Part shown: one piece after another, positions 9,841-18,710 of the stretch
Layout: every line of letters starts with the position of its first letter
Position numbering within the stretch: position 1 is the stretch's first letter
Program-made: the position numbers and the translations under genes
The notes under the pieces: generated by a model
Told to the model about the DNA's origin: nothing
The model's database searches: none
What the model saw: only the letters and a program-made list of their open reading frames with translations
NCBI GenBank assembly: GCA_964390665.1
Contig: CAYMLS010000001.1
Coordinates: 1-58,872 of the forward strand
From: an uncultured Bacteroidales bacterium
GTDB lineage: Bacteria > Bacteroidota > Bacteroidia > Bacteroidales > UBA7960
DNA: 58,872 bases
Direction: 5' to 3'

Positions 9841-10911
9841 ATGTCGCAACCACAAATACCTCTTTCATCGCAGGAAAAAAAAGAATCCCTTTTTGGGAAA
9901 ACCCTTCTCCAAATCCAGGAACTTGTCAAAAGTTTCGGGATGCCAAAGTTCACCGCCACCCAGATATGCGAATGGCTTTACAAAAATCATGTGGAGTCTT
10001 TTGATGACATGAGCAATATTTCCAAAAAACACCGGGAGATCCTTCAAAACAATTTCAATTTGGGCATCAGCGAGCCTGTAAAAGTGCAAAAATCGGTAGA
10101 TGGCACCAAAAAATACCTTTATCGCTCGCAGTATGGAAAATTTATTGAGGCAGCATTCATTCCGGAAAAAAACCGAAACACCCTTTGTGTTTCTTCCCAG
10201 GTGGGTTGCAAAATGGGATGCCTGTTTTGTATGACAGGAAAACAAGGATTTCAGGGTCAGCTGAGTGCAGGAGAAATTGTAAACCAAATACGCAGCTTAC
10301 CAGAAAGAGATGAACTTACCAATATTGTTTACATGGGTATGGGAGAACCCTTTGACAACCTCGAAGGGGTCATGCAAAGCATTGAAATTCTCACATCCGA
10401 ATGGGGTTACGGAATGAGTCCACGCAGAATAACCGTTTCTACCATTGGCATCATTCCTGCCATGAAAGTATTTCTGGAGAACAGTAAATGTCATTTGGCG
10501 GTTAGTTTGCACTCCCCCTTTGAGGAAGAGCGGCGCAAATTAATGCCCGTTGAAAACGTGTATTCTTTGCCTGAGGTGCTCAAAACCATCAGGGAATTCC
10601 CTTTGGGGAAACAAAGAAGAATATCCTTTGAGTATATTGTTTTCAAAGGATTGAACCACAGCAATCAGCACGCAAAGGAACTTGCCAGAATACTTAATGG
10701 GATCCGCTGCCGCATCAATCTGCTTTATTTTCATCCCATACCCAACACCCCGCTCGAGGCTCCAACAGAAGAGATCATTCAGGAATTTAAAAGCGCACTG
10801 GAGGGAAAAGGGATAACCACAACGATCAGAAAATCGCGTGGTCAGGATATTTATGCTGCCTGTGGGATGCTTTCCACCAAAGAACTTTCAAAACAGCAGG
10901 CTAATGCTTAA
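9841..10911 (+). CDS. rlmN: 23S rRNA/tRNA (adenine-C2)-methyltransferase, radical SAM
   Basis: 356 aa. CKMGCLFCMTG radical-SAM cluster motif, MGMGEPFDN, and a C-terminal AACGML motif typical of RlmN. Confidence 0.92.
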   Translation: MSQPQIPLSSQEKKESLFGKTLLQIQELVKSFGMPKFTATQICEWLYKNHVESFDDMSNISKKHREILQNNFNLGISEPVKVQKSVDGTKKYLYRSQYGKFIEAAFIPEKNRNTLCVSSQVGCKMGCLFCMTGKQGFQGQLSAGEIVNQIRSLPERDELTNIVYMGMGEPFDNLEGVMQSIEILTSEWGYGMSPRRITVSTIGIIPAMKVFLENSKCHLAVSLHSPFEEERRKLMPVENVYSLPEVLKTIREFPLGKQRRISFEYIVFKGLNHSNQHAKELARILNGIRCRINLLYFHPIPNTPLEAPTEEIIQEFKSALEGKGITTTIRKSRGQDIYAACGMLSTKELSKQQANA

Positions 10912-10926
10912 TTTCAATTGCGGAGT

Positions 10927-11322
10927 TCATTTTCTTAAGACCCATGCAGATACCATCAGCAGTGGATGCACGATCCACAATCTTACTGCACCCATCCAGG
11001 GATCTACACATAAGCTCCCCTCAATGCAAGATCCCATCTGTATAAAATAAACATGAGAAGGGATGAAGAGCAACATGAGAATCAGGATCAAATATGCAGC
11101 AACCTTGCGTGTTTTCCTGAACAAAAGCCCCAATCCGGCAATGATCTCAAGGAATCCGGAAAAATAATTCAAAAATTCCGGAAAAGGAAAATAGGGAGGG
11201 ATGAGCGGCAGGTAAAAGCCGGGCATGACAAAATGATTAACACCGGCCGTGATAAAAAAAAGGGCAAAACCGATTCTGAATAAACGCAATGGAGATAAAT
11301 AAAAGGAACTTTGATCATTCAT
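10927..11322 (-). CDS. DoxX-family small membrane protein
   Basis: Track ORF 10927..11490. Its N-terminal 56 codons overlap the sulfatase remnant and look non-coding. The internal ATG at 11322 gives MNDQSSFYLSPLRLFRIGFALFFITAGVNHF, followed by three more hydrophobic helices. Confidence 0.65.
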   Translation of the reverse strand: MNDQSSFYLSPLRLFRIGFALFFITAGVNHFVMPGFYLPLIPPYFPFPEFLNYFSGFLEIIAGLGLLFRKTRKVAAYLILILMLLFIPSHVYFIQMGSCIEGSLCVDPWMGAVRLWIVHPLLMVSAWVLRK

Positions 11323-11344
11323 AAGATTTACAATGTGCTGGTGG

Positions 11345-11722
11345 TTATGCAAGTTTCCACCGGGTTTCTTCCTGATCACCAATATGCCATTTTCCAAACA
11401 TGCCGGTATGGTAGTTGTTTTTTTGCAATACTTCAGCAATTGTTGCAAAAGAGGGGTCAACACCCCTGGCATTGGGTCCATGTGCACCATGCATGCCGGT
11501 TCTTCCCGGATAACAACCCGTTAACAAAGCGGACCTGGAAGCGGAGCAAACCGCCTGCGGTACATAAAAATTATGAAACTGTCTGCCTTCACTGGCAAGA
11601 TCCAGAAGGTTGGGAGTTGGGTATTCATTTTCTCCGAAAATTTGTTTTCGGAGTGGATTCATCATGGCAAAAAAACACAAATGTAAGAAAAATGAATTCT
11701 GTTTCCTTTTTTTGAAAAACAA
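11345..11722 (-). pseudogene. Sulfatase remnant (about 125 codons, truncated at both ends)
   Basis: TPNLLDLASEGRQFHNFYVPQAVCSASRSALLTGCYPGRTG carries the formylglycine C-x-A/P-x-R signature, followed by MFGKWHIG. The frame stops 12 codons later, whereas intact sulfatases run about 450-500 aa. The usual N-terminal signal and metal-binding DD segment are absent. Confidence 0.6.
11628..11662. repeat. 35-nt hairpin repeat, copy 1 (second copy at 47946..47979)
   Basis: TTTCTCCGAAAAtttgTTTTCGGAGTGGATTCAT has a perfect 9-bp stem (11632-11640 / 11645-11653). It differs from the 47.9-kb copy at 2 positions. Confidence 0.6.
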
Positions 11723-11955
11723 ATTCCTTGCAAAAAGGTTAAATATCGTAAAAATAAGATGTTTTGAAGGATTTTCTCTTTATTTTTCAATATCCAAAAA
11801 AACATGCTCCATTTTATTTACAGAAAAAGTAATACAAAACCCGTAGCAATCATAACGATCAATTGCCGGAAAGTGATTACTTTTATAGATGAATTGCGGC
11901 ATAAAATTTAATTACAAGAGATAATTATCGCTTTTGAACCCAAAAATAAAAAACA

Positions 11956-13392
11956 ATGAAAAGAATTACAGTTGCCAAGGGAGACGGTATTGGTCCCGAG
12001 ATTATGGATGCAGTATTAAAAATACTCAAATCAGCCAAAGCAGAAATAGTGTTTGATGAGATAGAAGTAGGTGAAAAAATATACCTTTCCGGCAATTCTT
12101 CAGGTATTGCGCATGATTCATGGGATACGATCAGAAAAAACAAAGTTTTTCTGAAGGCACCCATCACAACCCCTCAGGGAGGCGGTTATAAGAGTGTGAA
12201 TGTAACCACACGCAAATCGCTGGGACTATATGCCAACGTGCGCCCTGTAGTAAGCATGCACCCCTATGTAACCACCAGGCACCCCGAAATGGACGTGGTA
12301 ATTGTCAGAGAAAACGAAGAAGACCTTTATGCCGGCATTGAACACCAGCAAACCGATGAAGTTGTTCAGTGTTTAAAACTGGTCAGTCGTCCGGGAAGTG
12401 AAAAAATCATCCGTTATGCATTTGAATATGCAAAGCAATATGGAAGAAAAAAAGTCAGTTGCTTCTCAAAAGATAACATAATGAAGCAAACCGATGGTTT
12501 ATTTCACCAGATATTTAATGAGATAGGAGAAGAGTATCCTGAAATCGAAAAAGAGCATTGGATCATTGACATAGGAGCCGCCAAACTTGCTGCCACCCCC
12601 GAGGAGTTTGATGTGATCGTAACCCTTAACCTTTATGGAGATGTTATTTCTGACATTGCAGCACAGATAGCAGGTTCGGTAGGCCTTGCAGGTTCTGCCA
12701 ACATTGGGGAACAGTGTGCAATGTTTGAAGCTATTCACGGTTCTGCCCCCACCATTGCCGGACAGAATATTGCCAATCCTTCGGGTTTGCTTCAAGGCGC
12801 CTTGATGATGCTTGTTCACATAGGACAAACGGAAGTTGCCGAAACAATCCAGAATGCATGGTTGAGAACCATAGAAGACGGCGACCATACTTTTGATATC
12901 TACAAAGAGGGACTGAGCAAGAAGAAGTTGGGAACCCGTGAGTTTGCCGATGCAGTGATCAGAAACCTGGGTAACAAACCATCCCAAATGCCCGAGGCAT
13001 CTTATAATACTGATAAGGTCTTCAGAATGCCTGTGTACACAAAAAGACAACCAGCCAAAAAGGAACTCAAAGGGGTTGACATATTTGTTCACTGGAACGG
13101 AGAAGACCCTGAGAAGATAGCATCATTGCTGAAAAAGATAGAAACGCAAGACATAAAGTTATCCATGATCACCAACCGGGGTATAAAGGTTTGGCCTGAT
13201 GGGTTTGATGAAACTTTTTGCACCGACCACTGGAGATGCAGGTTTAAACCCACAGAGGGGTATCAGTTTACCAACAAGGATATCGTTCATTTGCTGGATG
13301 CTGCTGTTACCAATGGCATTGACGTGATCAAAACAGAAAATCTTTATTCTTTTGACGGAAAAACTGCATTTTCCCTTGGGCAAGGGCAGTAA
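11956..13392 (+). CDS. icd: Isocitrate dehydrogenase (isocitrate/isopropylmalate dehydrogenase family, long C-terminal extension)
   Basis: 478 aa with GDGIGPEIM, SVNVTTRKSLGLYANVRP, NLYGDVISD and GSAPTIAG motifs. Confidence 0.85.
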   Translation: MKRITVAKGDGIGPEIMDAVLKILKSAKAEIVFDEIEVGEKIYLSGNSSGIAHDSWDTIRKNKVFLKAPITTPQGGGYKSVNVTTRKSLGLYANVRPVVSMHPYVTTRHPEMDVVIVRENEEDLYAGIEHQQTDEVVQCLKLVSRPGSEKIIRYAFEYAKQYGRKKVSCFSKDNIMKQTDGLFHQIFNEIGEEYPEIEKEHWIIDIGAAKLAATPEEFDVIVTLNLYGDVISDIAAQIAGSVGLAGSANIGEQCAMFEAIHGSAPTIAGQNIANPSGLLQGALMMLVHIGQTEVAETIQNAWLRTIEDGDHTFDIYKEGLSKKKLGTREFADAVIRNLGNKPSQMPEASYNTDKVFRMPVYTKRQPAKKELKGVDIFVHWNGEDPEKIASLLKKIETQDIKLSMITNRGIKVWPDGFDETFCTDHWRCRFKPTEGYQFTNKDIVHLLDAAVTNGIDVIKTENLYSFDGKTAFSLGQGQ

Positions 13393-13504
13393 TTTCTTTT
13401 TTCGTTTTATCAAAAGTCAGAGCAGACCAGCCAAAGTGATATTCCTGTCTGAACAGAGAATATTTAACCTGAAACGACGTTCTCAAAATGGAAAACCGAT
13501 TTTT

Positions 13505-13963
13505 ATGACAAAAACAATCTTTTCAGTTTTTATGCTGTTGGCATTTTGCGCAGGCATCATCCAGGCGCAAAACACTTCAGAAAAATACTACATAGACCAG
13601 GATCCCCAGGTGGAAGAGATCATGGAGTCTTACCGTAAGATCAACAAGAAGGAAGGCATGCAAGGTTATCGCATACAAATTTACACAGACTCGGGCAACC
13701 GTTCCAAATTGCGAACAGACCGTATGAAATCACAATTTGATGCTCGTTACCCTCAGGTAAGGTCTTATATATCTTACGACGAACCCTACTATAAACTCAG
13801 GGTCGGTGACTTCAGAACCCGACTGGATGCGGAAAGGTTTTTAAGGAGAATAGCACCTGTTTATCTCTCGTCTATACTCGTGGTAGATCGCATCAACTTT
13901 CCCAGTCTGGACGATTCTTATGTTTATCCTGTGGAGGTCATACCCGAGGAAACAGATCCATAA
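13505..13963 (+). CDS. SPOR-domain protein (secreted)
   Basis: Internal ATG of track ORF 13352..13963 gives the signal MTKTIFSVFMLLAFCAGIIQAQ. SPOR-like segment GYRIQIYTDSGNRSKLRTDRMKSQFDARYP...YYKLRVGDFRTRLDAERFLRRI. Confidence 0.7.
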   Translation: MTKTIFSVFMLLAFCAGIIQAQNTSEKYYIDQDPQVEEIMESYRKINKKEGMQGYRIQIYTDSGNRSKLRTDRMKSQFDARYPQVRSYISYDEPYYKLRVGDFRTRLDAERFLRRIAPVYLSSILVVDRINFPSLDDSYVYPVEVIPEETDP

Positions 13964-13999
13964 AAAAACCGCAGATGAATTCATCTGCGGTTTTTTTTT
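13962..13999. terminator. Bidirectional intrinsic terminator between the SPOR gene and fba
   Basis: A7-CCGCAGATGAATTCATCTGCGG-T9: perfect palindromic stem 13969-13990 flanked by A and T runs. Confidence 0.8.
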
Positions 14000-14032
14000 A
14001 AGATCGGCCTATATTTTCAATATGTTGGCAGA

Positions 14033-15112
14033 TCAATTTTTATCAATAGCATTGAGATCCTCAAAAGAAACTTTCAGTCTCGCTTTCATGCTTTCTTCAG
14101 CTTTTCTTAGCCATACCCTCGGATCGTAGTATTTCTTGTTGGGTTTATCTTCTCCATCTGGATTTCCGATTTGTCCCTGAAGGTATCCTTCATTTTTCTG
14201 ATAGAAATTCTTAACGCCTTCCCAAAATGACCATTGTGTATCGGTATCGATATTCATTTTGATAACACCGTATGAGATGCCTTCTCTTATTTCCTCTCTT
14301 GAGGAACCAGAACCACCGTGAAATACAAAATTAACCGGTTTGGACTCAGTATTGAATTTCTGCTCAATATATTGCTGGGATTTCAACAGAATTTTCGGTT
14401 CCAGTTTTACATTTCCAGGTTTGTAAACACCATGAACATTACCAAAAGAGGCGGCAATGGTAAACTTATCAGAAATACTTTTAAGCGCTTCATACATTTG
14501 AGCAACCTCTTCGGGTTGCGTATAAAGCTTTGAACTATCTATACCCGTATTATCCACTCCATCTTCTTCTCCACCCGTAACGCCCAGTTCAATTTCGAGA
14601 GTCATACCAATTTTACTCATCCTTTCCAGATATCTTTTACATATCTCGATGTTTTCCTCTAATGGTTCTTCGCTCAAATCAAGCATATGGGAGCTAAACA
14701 GCGGTTTGCCGGTTTTTTTAAAATTTTCTTCAGATGCTTCAATAAGTCCATCGATCCAGGGAAGCAATTTTTTTGCAGCATGATCGGTATGCAGAATAAC
14801 CCTTACTCCATAAAGTTCGGCCATGAGCGCCACATGTTTGGCACCCGAAACTGCACCAGTAATTGCCGCTTTTTGATTCTCATTGGAAAGACTTTTGCCT
14901 GCATAAAAGAGTGCTCCACCATTGGAGAACTGTATAATAACGGGTGAATTCACTTCCTTAGCGGTTTCCAAAACAGCATTCACTGTATTGGTTCCGGTAA
15001 CGTTCACTGCGGGCAGAGCAAATTCATGTTCACGGGCAATTTTAAATAATTCCTGCACCTTTTCTCCGGTTACTACTCCCGGTTCAATATTTTTCATCAA
15101 GTTAGCTGCCAT
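14033..15112 (-). CDS. fba: Class II fructose-bisphosphate aldolase
   Basis: 359 aa with ALPAVNVTGTNTVNAVLETAKEVNSPVIIQFSNGGA, ILHTDHAAKK and FVFHGGSGS. Confidence 0.92.
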   Translation of the reverse strand: MAANLMKNIEPGVVTGEKVQELFKIAREHEFALPAVNVTGTNTVNAVLETAKEVNSPVIIQFSNGGALFYAGKSLSNENQKAAITGAVSGAKHVALMAELYGVRVILHTDHAAKKLLPWIDGLIEASEENFKKTGKPLFSSHMLDLSEEPLEENIEICKRYLERMSKIGMTLEIELGVTGGEEDGVDNTGIDSSKLYTQPEEVAQMYEALKSISDKFTIAASFGNVHGVYKPGNVKLEPKILLKSQQYIEQKFNTESKPVNFVFHGGSGSSREEIREGISYGVIKMNIDTDTQWSFWEGVKNFYQKNEGYLQGQIGNPDGEDKPNKKYYDPRVWLRKAEESMKARLKVSFEDLNAIDKN

Positions 15113-15572
15113 TTTCTTTATGTTTTTTATTTAACGCTTATGATTTATAATGTGTGAATTAGAAAGATCAAAATTACAAAAATAAAAAAACAATCCACCC
15201 TTCGTTTGCGAAAAAGTATATTTTTGTTACTCATATTTTGAGTATATTCAATTCCGGAAAGAAAAACACAACAAAAATATTAGCATAATAAAAAAATCAT
15301 TCTTAATTTAGTAGTATAATTGTTTAAAACTTATATTTAAATTGTAGTAGGGTTTCCATGTTAATCCAGGGTTTTATTTCAACAGATAAAATCAACTCAA
15401 CCAACCAGGCGCCGTTTAATAACTGATTTTCAATTCATTTTTAAACGAAATGCGGTTTTGATTGTTATGTTTTATCATGTACCATGGTAATCAGAGATCA
15501 AAAACATATACGATATTAGCCAATAACACGTTATCAGGAATTGAGACCCCCAGAAAACAAACACTTTTTTTC

Positions 15573-16952
15573 ATGGAAAAAGTATTGATTGTAGACGATG
15601 ACATTAGCTTTTGCACCATGCTCAAATCTTTTCTCAAAAAGAAAGGTTTTTTGGCCGATGATGTGTATTCTCATCAGGATGCATTAAAACTATCTTCCTA
15701 CAACAGTTATAAGGTCATCCTGACAGATTTTCGTTTACCAGATAAAAGCGGCATAGAATTACTGAAGGATATCCGGAAAAAAAATGAAAATGCAGTTGTG
15801 ATCGTTATGACGGCCTATGCAGACATAAGAATGGCAGTGCAGGCCATCAAACTGGGAGCCTTTGAGTATGTTACCAAACCTGTAAACCCGGATGAGATCA
15901 TCGTTCATATCAAAAACGGGATACAGAAACATTTGAAGGATCAGAAGGAATCCGTGAAACCAAACCCTGATGTTGTTGAAAACCATCCATCAGAAAATAA
16001 ATTTGAATACGTTTATTCGGGCAGTAAACAATCTGAGTTGATTCATAAATATACCGATCTTGTAGGCCCCACCGATATGTCGGTGATCATACAAGGTGAG
16101 AGTGGCACGGGGAAAGAATACATTGCCAGAAAAATCCATGAGCAAAGCAAACGCGCCAATCATCCTTTCGTAGCAATTGACTGTGGATCATTATCCAAAG
16201 AACTCGCCGGAAGTGAGTTTTTCGGGCATTTAAAAGGATCTTTTACAGGAGCTTTGAATGATAAAACAGGGCAATTTGAAATTGCCAACTCAGGAACATT
16301 GTTTCTGGACGAGATCGGTAACCTCTCGTATGAAATACAGGTGAAACTTTTGAGAGCCATTCAGGAGCGTAAAATCAGGAAGATCGGAAGCAATAAAGAC
16401 ATACCCGTAAACGTAAGAATCATAACCGCTACCAATGAAGACCTTATCTCTGCTGTAAAAAGAGGCGTGTTCAGAGAAGACCTGTATCACAGACTAAATG
16501 AATTTTCAATACTGGTACCCCCCATGCGGGAAAGAAAAGAAGACATTAAAACTTTTGCGCAATACTTTTTAAAAAAGGCAAACACAGAACTCGACAGAAA
16601 TGTAAAAGGAATCCCTGATAAGGTTTGGCAATGCTTTGAGAGCTATTCATGGCCTGGAAACATAAGGGAAATAAAAAACGTGATACGCAGAGCAGTACTA
16701 CTTTCTGAAAACAATGATATTAAAATCCAGGATCTTCCCCAGGAAATCATATATGCCTGCATTCCTGACAAAAATTATCCTGGAAAAAATAAAGAACTTA
16801 GAACCATCACCGAAAAAACCGAAAAAGACATTATTGTATCAACTTTGCAACAGGCGAAATTCAACAAATCAAAGACTGCAAAAATCCTGAACATCGACAG
16901 AAAAACACTATATAACAAACTAAAATTATACGGCATAAAAAAGGGTTCGTGA
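15573..16952 (+). CDS. Sigma54-dependent response regulator (NtrC/AtoC family): REC + AAA+ + Fis-type HTH
   Basis: Internal ATG of track ORF 15462..16952 gives MEKVLIVDDD (REC domain, DFRLPD). Walker A GESGTGKE, a GSFTGA variant of GAFTGA, and a C-terminal KTAKILNIDRKTLYNKL HTH. No histidine kinase is adjacent. Confidence 0.88.
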   Translation: MEKVLIVDDDISFCTMLKSFLKKKGFLADDVYSHQDALKLSSYNSYKVILTDFRLPDKSGIELLKDIRKKNENAVVIVMTAYADIRMAVQAIKLGAFEYVTKPVNPDEIIVHIKNGIQKHLKDQKESVKPNPDVVENHPSENKFEYVYSGSKQSELIHKYTDLVGPTDMSVIIQGESGTGKEYIARKIHEQSKRANHPFVAIDCGSLSKELAGSEFFGHLKGSFTGALNDKTGQFEIANSGTLFLDEIGNLSYEIQVKLLRAIQERKIRKIGSNKDIPVNVRIITATNEDLISAVKRGVFREDLYHRLNEFSILVPPMRERKEDIKTFAQYFLKKANTELDRNVKGIPDKVWQCFESYSWPGNIREIKNVIRRAVLLSENNDIKIQDLPQEIIYACIPDKNYPGKNKELRTITEKTEKDIIVSTLQQAKFNKSKTAKILNIDRKTLYNKLKLYGIKKGS

Positions 16953-17421
16953 ATGGACAGATAAAACAAATTCTTTTATTTCTTTTATCTATGTTCAAAG
17001 ATCTACAATAAGGTTATCTTTTGCATTTCTGCAGGCAGGAAAATTCACAGGGCATAAAACATGAAAAACAGAATAAGTTTCTCTGAAGCAATTGAAGGTA
17101 GTTACAACAACCTTTGGAAACGTATCCACCATCCTTGCAAAGAATATTACAACTGTCTGAATCCTGACAAAAAACTGTAGAACAAAACAAGTACATGCCA
17201 CACTTCCACATTTTTATGTAGAACTTTTCCACACTTTTTGAGATATACAGAATAAACATGAATCCTCCTATCTTCAAGTAAATATAATATGTTTCTGATT
17301 ATCAGTACATTTAAAAATAAAAAGAAAGAAACAAAAGTTTGGCACATTATTTAATATGTATTATGTGAAACAAATAACAGGAATTCCCCCTATCTACATA
17401 AATTTCCCTTTTGTTTTCCTC

Positions 17422-17456
17422 AGCCGACAGTTCCCCGCTGTCGGCTTCCTCTTTTT
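17422..17456 (+). terminator. Orphan plus-strand intrinsic terminator
   Basis: AGCCGACAG-ttccccg-CTGTCGGCT, then tcctcTTTTT. The nearest upstream plus-strand CDS ends 470 nt away. Confidence 0.6.
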
Positions 17457-17646
17457 AGGGGGGTAATGAAATTTTCCAACGAATGTTTTTGAAAACAAGT
17501 ACAAGGCAAATACCGCTGTTTTATCCGCCCTTTCATTCAACAAATTCCATAATAAATCACACGGTTTATAATTTCGGTTTTTTTCTTACGTTGACTTCAT
17601 GTATTTTTACAGAAATATCCATCGTAAGAAATTTAATCGTACCAAT

Positions 17647-18558
17647 ATGAAAACCAAAAGTCAAACAAACCCATTCGCCAGGGAGAAAAATCTCCGTTTC
17701 ATGCATTTCCTGTTCATTTTTTCCATCATTGGTATTTTCCTATCGGGTTGTAACCAAAAAGAAGTGGATCGACTTGAAAACGAAAAAGCAGCACTTGAGG
17801 AGCAACTTCAAACCAATCAGGAAAATGTTGAAGACTATCTTGATGATCTTAATGAGATTGAAAACAACCTGAGAATCATCAAGGAAAAGGAAAATGTTAT
17901 TTCAGAAGATGCTGCAAGTTCGGTGGAAGGACAAAGTAACGCAAACGACAGAATCAATGAAGACATACAATTGATCGGCGAATTGATGGAGAAAAACCGG
18001 AATCTCATTGAAAGTCTGAATAATAAAATCAGAAACTCCGATTCAAGAATAAAAGGTTTCGAGCAGATGGTAGAAAGGTTAAATCAAACCATTGAGGAAA
18101 AAGAAATTGAGATACAGATGTTGAGAGGCCAATTGTCCAAAATGAATATTCAGGTAGACTTCCTTACCGCCCGTCTGGATACGCTGCAACAAGAAGCAGA
18201 ACAGAGAAAACAAATGCTTGAGGAGCAACAAATGCAGATGAATACGGCCTACTTTGCCATTGGTTCCAAAAAAGAACTATTGGAAAACAACGTCATTGAA
18301 AGAGAAGGTGGATTTTTGGGTATCGGGCGTACCAACAAACTGAAAAGCAATGCAAACATTGATTTTTTCACCAGACTGGATCTTACGCGGGATCAGGAGA
18401 TAACCATCATAGGGCAGGACCCCGAAGTCATTACCGTTCATCCTTCTGAATCTTATGAACTAAAGCAAAACGAAGACGAAGACACCAGTTATCTGATCAT
18501 TACCGATCCTGATAAATTCTGGGAAGCGACCAAATATCTGGTAATTCAGATCAAATAA
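17647..18558 (+). CDS. Coiled-coil lipoprotein, function unknown
   Basis: Internal ATG of track ORF 17599..18558. Lipobox FLSGCNQ, then a long heptad-like Glu/Gln/Leu-rich region. Confidence 0.6.
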   Translation: MKTKSQTNPFAREKNLRFMHFLFIFSIIGIFLSGCNQKEVDRLENEKAALEEQLQTNQENVEDYLDDLNEIENNLRIIKEKENVISEDAASSVEGQSNANDRINEDIQLIGELMEKNRNLIESLNNKIRNSDSRIKGFEQMVERLNQTIEEKEIEIQMLRGQLSKMNIQVDFLTARLDTLQQEAEQRKQMLEEQQMQMNTAYFAIGSKKELLENNVIEREGGFLGIGRTNKLKSNANIDFFTRLDLTRDQEITIIGQDPEVITVHPSESYELKQNEDEDTSYLIITDPDKFWEATKYLVIQIK

Positions 18559-18641
18559 AATGAATCACCTTCTGTGGAATAAGAAAACGGATTTATGTAC
18601 AAACAGCAGGTAATTTGAATGCTGCAGGTTAAACACCTGGC

Positions 18642-18688
18642 AAATGCCTGCTCGCTATTGCATTGAAAATGGCGGGCAGGCATTTTGG
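18642..18688. terminator. Hairpin between convergent genes
   Basis: AAATGCCTGCtCGC...GCGgGCAGGCATTTT: long GC-rich stem with an A/T flank on each side. Confidence 0.6.
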
Positions 18689-18710
18689 TTGGCTTGGCTA
18701 ATAAACCGAT

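Noticed and set aside
10927-11490. Full 187-codon version of the DoxX ORF
   Set aside because: The first 56 codons overlap the sulfatase remnant in another frame and lack membrane-protein character. The internal ATG at 11322 fits the DoxX fold better.
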